Of a stretch of DNA of 64,000 bases, positions 57,991-64,000 are shown in pieces. This stretch comes from an uncultured Ardenticatenia bacterium. GTDB lineage: Bacteria > Chloroflexota > Anaerolineae > 4572-78 > NAK82. The notes beneath the pieces were generated by a model that saw nothing but the letters and a program-made list of their open reading frames with translations, was not told the DNA's origin and did not search any database. Positions within the stretch are counted from its first letter, which is position 1, and every line of letters starts with the position of its first letter. The stretch covers positions 17,257 to 81,256 of the forward strand of contig CAKZLO010000034.1 in NCBI GenBank assembly GCA_937127125.1. Direction: 5' to 3'. A program made the position numbers and the translations under genes.

Positions 57991-58683
57991 TCACGCTGGC
58001 TGCTGGTAACGCTGGGAATATAATCCTGGGTCGTATTCAGCTCGTCGACTGGGACATCCCTCCAGCGGACACAGCTGACAGCTTTCGAAAGAGGTTTCAG
58101 TCGGAAACACAATTCCAGAGACAGACTTGGTAGGTATCATGAGCATGTGTTCGGTGAGCTGCACCCCGATGCTCTGAGGCCCATCACCTAGTATTCGGAA
58201 TAAGGGCCTCTGCTGACCCAACGGCCAGTCCGCCAGCGATCCCGGGTTCATTTGGGCAATGCGGCCGGGGCGATAGTATGTCATGAGATGGTCGCGCATA
58301 AATTCGAGGGCACTGCGCAGGGCAGCTTCCTTGAGTTGATCAGCCCAAAAACGATGTAGGACACGATCTGCGATTGTCTCGCTCCAAGCTTCTAATTCCA
58401 CACCGCACGTTGCTACAAAGGGGAAGACACGGTGTACCTGTTCAAGATTGACGCGAAGCACGCGACTGCGCAGCTCAACACCATTGATGATGACACTCCG
58501 CTCATGTCGCGACTCGACGCGTGCCAGAGCATAAAATGCTTTTGGGCGGGCAACCGCCAGCGCTTCTTCTGCTAGCCGCTCAAAATCCTTTAGCTCGTCC
58601 TTGCGCTCCGTAAGGTGCAGCCTCTGCGCCAACTGAGCAGTGTCGATCTGCCATGGGATGTTATCGAAGATATGATAATCCAC
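57991..58683 (-). CDS. Stand-alone vitamin-B12-dependent methionine synthase activation-domain-like protein
   Basis: 230 aa with NPGSLADWPLGQQRPLFRILG...IGVQLTEHMLMIPTKSVSGIVF, which resembles the Met_synt_B12 activation domain. The C-terminus has CQLCPLEGC. Confidence 0.55.
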   Translation of the reverse strand: MDYHIFDNIPWQIDTAQLAQRLHLTERKDELKDFERLAEEALAVARPKAFYALARVESRHERSVIINGVELRSRVLRVNLEQVHRVFPFVATCGVELEAWSETIADRVLHRFWADQLKEAALRSALEFMRDHLMTYYRPGRIAQMNPGSLADWPLGQQRPLFRILGDGPQSIGVQLTEHMLMIPTKSVSGIVFPTETSFESCQLCPLEGCPSRRAEYDPGLYSQRYQQPA

Positions 58684-58709
58684 GGGCGCCTCGCCTGAAG
58701 GAACCTGAA

Positions 58710-58737
58710 TTGACCGTCATCTTCCCCTTACTATAAT
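58710..58737 (+). promoter_or_regulatory. Putative scpA promoter (TTGACC-16-TATAAT), possibly giving a leaderless mRNA
   Basis: TTGACC at 58710-58715 and TATAAT at 58732-58737. ATG 58744 begins 7 nt after the -10 element. Confidence 0.4.
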
Positions 58738-58743
58738 GAGCCT

Positions 58744-59601
58744 ATGTACAGCTGGCAAATCAACCGCGGCAAAGGAATAGAGCCGAAAGATCACATGGTC
58801 ACTCCTTCCTATCAGGTGACCTTGCCTCAATTCCAAGGTCCACTCGATCTATTGCTGCACCTGATCGAACAGCAGCAGCTCGATATTACCAAGGTGGCAC
58901 TGGCCCAAGTGACCGATCAGTATCTGCAATACATCACCACTTTGAAGGAGATCGATGCAGATCTTCTCAGCGACTTTCTAGTGATAGCAGCCAAATTGCT
59001 GTTCATCAAGTCCCAAGCTCTACTGCCCAAGCCAGCGACCGACATCTCACGCGAGGAAGAGGAGGACGTCGGTGACCAGTTGGTGCACCAGCTGCGAGCA
59101 TATCAGCAGCTCAAGCAAGCGACCCGGATGTTGATGGCTCGTGAAACTTTGCACATGCGCAGCTATGTGCGTGTGGTCGCACCTGTCACTCTGCAATCGC
59201 ACCTCTCGCCGGGTGAAGTTGCCCTGAACGACCTGATCGTCGCCGCACGCAATGCTTTAGCTATTCGTCCACCAGATCCAGCCGTCGATCAGGTGGTATC
59301 TCCTCTTGTGATAACCATCGAAGAACGTGCGACGTTCATCCAGCAGATCTTAGAACAGACTCCTCAGGTTACGTTCAGCTCTTTGATCCATACGTGTGCA
59401 AGACGGCTTGAGATCATTATAACGTTTATGGCTGTTCTGGAATTGATCAGGCAGAATGTAGTAGATGTCCAACAAGAGACTCTGTTCGGGGAAATTGTCA
59501 TTTGTCGCAAAAGCGCTATTCCCCCCACTTCCACGGAGGAGCCTGCCAAATCCACCTCCAATTCGACCGCCTCTTGGGATATACACAGGCATTCGGGGTA
59601 G
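58744..59601 (+). CDS. scpA: Segregation and condensation protein A
   Basis: LPQFQGPLDLLLHLIEQQQLDITKVALAQVTDQYL is the ScpA N-terminal signature. The start is either a leaderless ATG at 58744 or ATG 58795. Confidence 0.8.
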   Translation: MYSWQINRGKGIEPKDHMVTPSYQVTLPQFQGPLDLLLHLIEQQQLDITKVALAQVTDQYLQYITTLKEIDADLLSDFLVIAAKLLFIKSQALLPKPATDISREEEEDVGDQLVHQLRAYQQLKQATRMLMARETLHMRSYVRVVAPVTLQSHLSPGEVALNDLIVAARNALAIRPPDPAVDQVVSPLVITIEERATFIQQILEQTPQVTFSSLIHTCARRLEIIITFMAVLELIRQNVVDVQQETLFGEIVICRKSAIPPTSTEEPAKSTSNSTASWDIHRHSG

Positions 59602-59652
59602 AGAGAGAACTTGAACTCAACACTATTGGATTCGGCGCAACAAGGCAAGAGA

Positions 59653-59835
59653 ATGGCACACGTGGTAGAGGAACGTTGTCACCTCTGCCGCCGATGTCTG
59701 GCTCAGCGCGTCTGTAGGATTCGCGCCATTATGCGCATTGATGAAGATGAGACGCCAGTAGTGGATGTCCACCGTTGTCGTGGATGTTTACTATGTGCAA
59801 CCGAATGTCCCTACGACGCTATTGTGAGCGTTTGA
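59653..59835 (+). CDS. Small 2x[4Fe-4S]-type ferredoxin
   Basis: 60 aa with CHLCRRCLAQRVC (non-canonical) and the canonical CRGCLLCATECP. Confidence 0.55.
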   Translation: MAHVVEERCHLCRRCLAQRVCRIRAIMRIDEDETPVVDVHRCRGCLLCATECPYDAIVSV

Positions 59836-60003
59836 CCCCGCTGCCCGTGATAAACAAAACGTCTGTGTGTTTTCCATATAGCACTTGAGCGTCTGCTTGT
59901 ACATATGGGCGCTGATAGGAACCTCGTTAGCTTGTTTTCTTCCAAGTTTTATCTCCTACAAAGAATCGAGTGGTTAAAGGCTTCTGGGGTCATCGTCTGG
60001 GGC

Positions 60004-60037
60004 TTGACAAAAGACACTAAACATTGTATAATTATAC
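60004..60037 (+). promoter_or_regulatory. Consensus sigma70 promoter (TTGACA-17-TATAAT) overlapped by a perfect 12-bp palindrome GTATAATTATAC (candidate autoregulatory operator)
   Basis: TTGACA at 60004-60009, a 17-nt spacer, and TATAAT at 60027-60032. The palindrome at 60026-60037 spans the -10 element, directly upstream of the XRE regulator gene. Confidence 0.55.
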
Positions 60038-60061
60038 TAAACACAATTGGATCTGGCGAAG

Positions 60062-60748
60062 ATGGAATTCAAAGGGCTGGGTCAAGCTATTCGCGCCCTG
60101 CGGCTGCAACGTAACGTCACCGGCAGCGAGCTGGCACGACGATGCAACGTCACGAGAGGGCTTATCTCACAGATTGAGCGGGGCACTACGGTACCCTCAC
60201 TGGACGTGCTGGTACGCATTGCCAATGCGCTGGGGGTGCCGGTCGGACAGCTGCTCGATTCGTCCAGCGCAAACCTTACTCAGCAAGTTTCCAGTGTGAC
60301 TGAGCTAAGCTACTACCCCGTTGTGCGGCGTAAGGAGCGGAGGCGGATCACTTTTCCACGCGAGAATCAGGTCTACGAGAGCTTGACCCCGACTATTTCA
60401 GGTCAGCTTGAGTTCAGTATTCTGCGTATCGGCCCCCTTGAACTGGAAAACAGTCCTGTCTATAGTCATCCTGGTGAAGAAGCGCTGCTGGTGTTGGAAG
60501 GTAGCTTGACGGTCTATCTCAATGAGACACCCTATCATCTTGAGAAGGGGGATAGCATGCGTTATCCTGCAGCCATCCCCCACCGGTATGTGTGCAGGGG
60601 GGACAAGCCGGCCGTAGTGGTGATGGCCGAGACACCCGTGGCGTTTTTCAATGTGCTCACGCGACATCTCAGCACAGGCAATAATTCATCTAATCATAAA
60701 AGGGTACAGGAAAGGAGAATGGAGAATGACTCAGAGGTTAGCAATTGA
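60062..60748 (+). CDS. XRE-family HTH transcriptional regulator with C-terminal cupin sensor domain
   Basis: The HTH_3 region is LGQAIRALRLQRNVTGSELARRCNVTRGLISQIERG. The cupin_2 region is HPGEEALLVLEGSLTV...GDSMRYPAAIPHRY. The start is ATG 60062 (TTG 60047 is also possible). Confidence 0.8.
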   Translation: MEFKGLGQAIRALRLQRNVTGSELARRCNVTRGLISQIERGTTVPSLDVLVRIANALGVPVGQLLDSSSANLTQQVSSVTELSYYPVVRRKERRRITFPRENQVYESLTPTISGQLEFSILRIGPLELENSPVYSHPGEEALLVLEGSLTVYLNETPYHLEKGDSMRYPAAIPHRYVCRGDKPAVVVMAETPVAFFNVLTRHLSTGNNSSNHKRVQERRMENDSEVSN

Positions 60749-62066
60749 TGGAGGTCCACGTGCCGTTCCGGAGAATGCCATCAAGCCATGGCCACCCATC
60801 GACGACTCTGACCGTGAAGCACTGTTGCGTGTCTTCGACAATCAGATCCTATGCGGCGCCGGGGGACCCGAAACGGTAGCGCTTCAGAAAGAGTGGGCGG
60901 AGTACATTGGTCGTAAACATTGCCTAGCCACCAACAGCGGCACCGCCGCGTTGCATATGTCGCTAGCCGCCGGTGGCATTGGGCCGGGCGATGAGGTTAT
61001 CGTGCCGGCGTACACATTCCTGGCCTCTGCATCGTGCGTATTGCACGCCAATGCTATCCCTGTCTTCGTAGATATTGACGAGCGCACGTACACCATTGAC
61101 CCCAAACTGATTGAGGAGAAGATCACTGAACGCACCAAGGCGATCATCCCGGTCCATTTGCATGGCTTGCCCGCCGATATGGATGAAATTATGGCGATCG
61201 CGCGCAAGCATAACCTGTTGGTGATCGAGGATGCCTGCCAGGCGCACGGCGCCACATATAAGGGCAGGAAGGTCGGTTCAATCGGAGATTTTGCCGCCTT
61301 CAGCTTGAACAGCTCCAAGAACCTGTGTGGAGCCGAGGGTGGTTTCTTCATGACTGACGATGACCGTTGGGCAATGCGTGGTGACATGCTGCGCATGTTT
61401 GGTGATGAAATAGATGATGAGACCAAGCTGCGCGTGTACAATGCCTCGATACTTGGTTATATGTATCGTATGCAAGAGTTCACCGCTGCCTTCACACGCG
61501 CCCAGCTCAAGCGACTCGATGCCAACAATGCCATTCGGCAGAAGAATTGTGCCTACCTGACCGAAATCCTCAAGGAATACGAGTGGGAATACGAGTGGGT
61601 GACCACACCCTACGTACCGCCTGACCGCACTCATGTCTATTGGATGTATGTGGTGCGCTTCGATCCCAAGAAGGCAGGTGTCAACCTGTCGCCGCGTGAG
61701 TTCCGCATCGCGTTGGAGAAAGCCTTGCATATGGAAGGTGTCGGTGTGGGACAGTGGCAGATTATGCCGGTGCCAGCACAGGATCTCTTCCAGACCAAGA
61801 TGGGCTACGGCTCGCGTGGTTGTCCGTGGACGTGCCACTTCTACGGCAAGGAGATCACCTATCGCGGTGAAGACTATCCGGTCGCCTCGCGGATCTGTGA
61901 GGATTACACAGTGATCGTGGGCACCAACCCACCTAATGACACCAAGCTGCTCGATATGTATGCTGAAGCTTTCCGTAAGGTATTTAACAACTTAGACGTA
62001 GTGGTGAAACATAAGGACGATGACATTGTAGCTCACTATCGGGGCTCCATCTTCATGGCTGCCTGA
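60726..62066 (+). CDS. DegT/DnrJ/EryC1/StrS-family PLP aminotransferase (long form)
   Basis: ATG 60726 follows AAAGGAGAATGGAGA. MTQRLAIDGGPRAV, VIVPAYTFLASA, EDACQAHGA, and the PLP lysine in FSLNSSKNLCGAEGG. It overlaps the regulator's 3' end by 23 nt. Confidence 0.8.
   Translation: MTQRLAIDGGPRAVPENAIKPWPPIDDSDREALLRVFDNQILCGAGGPETVALQKEWAEYIGRKHCLATNSGTAALHMSLAAGGIGPGDEVIVPAYTFLASASCVLHANAIPVFVDIDERTYTIDPKLIEEKITERTKAIIPVHLHGLPADMDEIMAIARKHNLLVIEDACQAHGATYKGRKVGSIGDFAAFSLNSSKNLCGAEGGFFMTDDDRWAMRGDMLRMFGDEIDDETKLRVYNASILGYMYRMQEFTAAFTRAQLKRLDANNAIRQKNCAYLTEILKEYEWEYEWVTTPYVPPDRTHVYWMYVVRFDPKKAGVNLSPREFRIALEKALHMEGVGVGQWQIMPVPAQDLFQTKMGYGSRGCPWTCHFYGKEITYRGEDYPVASRICEDYTVIVGTNPPNDTKLLDMYAEAFRKVFNNLDVVVKHKDDDIVAHYRGSIFMAA
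61575..61598 (+). repeat. Perfect in-frame 12-nt tandem duplication (GAATACGAGTGG x2) inside the DegT gene
   Basis: Nucleotides 61575-61586 are identical to 61587-61598, encoding EYEW-EYEW. Confidence 0.9.
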
Positions 62067-62103
62067 TCCGGGCAGCTCGTCGACACACTTCCCGGAGTGA
62101 TGG

Positions 62104-62148
62104 GGATCCTGCCGCCGTTGCCGCCGTGTAGTCCTCTTGGCAGGATCC
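62104..62148 (+). terminator. Intercistronic hairpin, perfect 10-bp stem (GGATCCTGCC / GGCAGGATCC)
   Basis: Arms lie at 62104-62113 and 62139-62148 with a 25-nt loop, between the DegT stop (62066) and the ADH start (62183). There is no U-tract. Confidence 0.35.
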
Positions 62149-62182
62149 TGTCCACATTTCTGCAGGAAAGGACGGTGCAAAC

Positions 62183-63211
62183 GTGAAAGCTATATTTGCC
62201 AAGAAGCCGTTTAATTTCGACATCCGCGAGCTGGACATCCCCAAACCCGATGAGGGGGAGGTCCTGGTCAAGATACATGCCTGTGGCCTATGCGGCACCG
62301 ATATGCATTTCGCTCAGGACTGGGAAGAGGATTTTATGCCACTGGGCCATGAGATTGCTGCTGAGGTGGTTGAGCTTGGCAGGGGGGTCACCAGCTATAG
62401 AGTCGGTGACAAAGTCATCGTGGAAGACGTGGGAATGTGTGGCGTCTGTGAGCATTGCAAGAACGGCGAGTCCTACCGCTGCCGTAACAACTACAACCTG
62501 AAGGGCCAGCCCGGTATGGCCGAGTATATGGCGGTGAGCGAGCATCTGCTGAACCGCTTCGATGGGATGGATTACGTGACCGCCTCGTTGACGGAGCCGC
62601 TGGCCGTGGCGCTCAACACAGTGCTGCACAGCGAGATACCCTTGGGGGGCAATGTGGTGGTGTATGGCCCCGGTCCTATCGGACTGATGTGTGTGCGCGT
62701 TGCTCGTCTGCAAGGTGCCGCCAAAGTAGCTCTGGTCGGGTACTCGGCCCAAAGCCCGCGCGAGGTAGCACGTATGAACGCGGGTGCTGCACTCGGAGCC
62801 GACTATCTGATCTATGCGGCGGACAATGACCCGGTGGAGAAGGTGCGTTCGATATTCCCGGGTGGTGCGGATCGCGTGATCGTCACCTCGCCGCCCAAGA
62901 CGTTACCTTCTGCTGTGAAGATGACCGCTTTCGGGGGCATTGTCTCATTCATCGGCATTAATCTGGGTGGGCAGAGCACTGTCGAACTGGACGTAAATGA
63001 GCTGATTTTCAACAAGGTGACCTTGCGACCCACTTTTGCTGAGCCAGGCATCAAGTTTCCGGTTTCCATTCGTCTGCTCCGAGAAGGCCTGGTGGATGCC
63101 TCGAAGCTGATCACCCATACATTCGGCTTCGCCGATGCCGAGCGCATCTTCCGCATGAACGCTGACGGCAACGAGAAGGTCATCAAGGCTGTGTTGGTGC
63201 CCGGCGCATAG
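62183..63211 (+). CDS. Zinc-dependent medium-chain alcohol/polyol dehydrogenase (threonine/sorbitol-dehydrogenase-like)
   Basis: 342 aa with the catalytic Zn ligands CGLCGTDMH and GHEIAAEV, the structural Zn site CGVCEHCKNGESYRC, and the NAD fold VVYGPGPIGL. Confidence 0.85.
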   Translation: MKAIFAKKPFNFDIRELDIPKPDEGEVLVKIHACGLCGTDMHFAQDWEEDFMPLGHEIAAEVVELGRGVTSYRVGDKVIVEDVGMCGVCEHCKNGESYRCRNNYNLKGQPGMAEYMAVSEHLLNRFDGMDYVTASLTEPLAVALNTVLHSEIPLGGNVVVYGPGPIGLMCVRVARLQGAAKVALVGYSAQSPREVARMNAGAALGADYLIYAADNDPVEKVRSIFPGGADRVIVTSPPKTLPSAVKMTAFGGIVSFIGINLGGQSTVELDVNELIFNKVTLRPTFAEPGIKFPVSIRLLREGLVDASKLITHTFGFADAERIFRMNADGNEKVIKAVLVPGA

Positions 63212-63222
63212 CGGAGCAGTCA

Positions 63223-63271
63223 GGAGAGTATCCCCTGCTATGTTCGGAACAAACGGCGGGGGATACTCTCC
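63223..63271 (+). terminator. Strong hairpin, perfect 13-bp stem (GGAGAGTATCCCC / GGGGATACTCTCC)
   Basis: Arms lie at 63223-63235 and 63259-63271, 12 nt after the ADH stop. There is no U-tract. Confidence 0.45.
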
Positions 63272-63320
63272 AGGACCACATGTCTGCCAGGGTGTTCTGC
63301 TCTCGAGTAGGTGTGCGTCA

Positions 63321-64000
63321 GATGTTTGTTCACGGTGGCATGGTATTGCATGGTGGCAGCCTGGAGGAATACTCCCTGCGGGTTGAGAATGGCAGAGTAG
63401 CAGCAATCGGTCCTGACTTGATTGCCTGTTCCTCTGAGCCAACTCTCAATGCAACCGGTTGTTACGTCCTACCTGGTTTCGTCGACCTGCATACCCATGG
63501 CCTCCAGGACGCAATGCCGCAGCGCGGCGACTGGCTGCGTTATGCGCGTCTACAGCTGGAACAAGGTGTTACTGCCTGTGTGCCCACGCTTTTTGCTGCC
63601 CCTGAAACCCTCATCCGCAGCATGCGCACCGGTCTTGAAGAAACTGATAGCTTTCGTCGCACACCCAACCTACTGGGTTTTCGCCTGGAGTTTCCCTATG
63701 TAGCCAAGGCGGGAGCAGGTCTGGCTTCCGCGTTAGCACCCATCACACAGGCAACCACGCGTGCTCTCTTCGAAGCAGGCGGGGGGTTTATCCGAATTTG
63801 GGATGTTTCACCAGAACTGGAGGGCGCGGAAGCGTTCATACGCTGGGCTACCGAACGCGGTATTGTCACCAGCTTGGCGCACACCTCCGCCACCATCGAG
63901 CAGACGCGACGCGCAGTGGACGCAGGGCTCAGCTTGGTGACCCACTTCTATGACACGTTTGATGTGCCCGTGATAACCGATCCGGGCGTTTACCCTGCCG
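63321..64000 (+). CDS. NagA-like amidohydrolase (N-acetylglucosamine-6-phosphate-deacetylase family), 3' end outside window
   Basis: This open frame is not listed in the ORF track because it has no stop in the window. My own translation gives MFVHGGMVLHGG...ATGCYVLPGFVDLHTHG...SLAHTSAT...LVTHFYDTF, matching the PGF(I/V)D(I/L)H(I/T)HG and later His motifs of NagA-type deacetylases. Confidence 0.65.

Noticed and set aside
1-64000. A search by eye for CRISPR arrays, transposases, integrases, reverse transcriptases, toxin-antitoxin pairs or known defence-system signatures.
   Set aside because: None was found. The only repeat structures are the short hairpins and the 12-nt duplication reported above. 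The YgiT zinc-finger gene (6768-6998) has no partner toxin gene next to it.

Overview
The window is a gene-dense, roughly 55% GC bacterial chromosome segment. All product calls come from reading the six-frame translations by eye; no database search was run.

**Likely origin.** The gene content suggests a Chloroflexota-type organism. This is inferred from two membrane-protein families I recall as Chloroflexi/Archaea-restricted, plus frequent GTG/TTG starts and 4-nt gene overlaps.

**Recognisable content, in order:**
- rpsI 3' end, a HIT protein, and an ADP-forming acyl-CoA synthetase
- a PAP2-like membrane protein and an archaemetzincin-like protein
- an RsmF-like methyltransferase, lepB, a YgiT zinc finger, and a class II aldolase with a C-terminal extension
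- two coupled giant 'YYY' membrane proteins, one of them fused to a GT-C-like module
- tRNA-Pro(UGG)
- an hdrCBA-mvhDGA cluster with a maturation protease and a cNMP-binding-like gene
- uvrA
- an amidohydrolase with a DegT aminotransferase
- an aroA-aroE-aroC-aroK/B operon
- a UPF0104 membrane protein with an FAD oxidoreductase, then ugd
- an orphan family-5 substrate-binding lipoprotein and a TolB-like propeller protein
- an FGGY kinase / B12-radical-SAM / divergent shikimate-dehydrogenase-like cluster
- rluD, lspA, cofC and cofD
- a family-5-like uracil-DNA glycosylase coupled to two Agl23/TIGR03663-like giant membrane proteins, one with six NHL repeats
- a stand-alone MetH-activation-like domain, scpA, and a small ferredoxin
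- an XRE-cupin-regulated DegT / Zn-ADH / NagA-like cluster that runs off the 3' edge

**Not found.** I saw no transposase, integrase, CRISPR array, rRNA or phage genes.

**Most interesting unexplained content:**
- four very large GT-C-like or YYY polytopic membrane proteins of unknown function
- the kinase / radical-SAM / SDH-like cluster
- the methanogen-type Hdr/Mvh module in a bacterium
- an archaemetzincin-like protein lacking the catalytic Glu
- an aldolase tail that resembles a microcompartment encapsulation peptide
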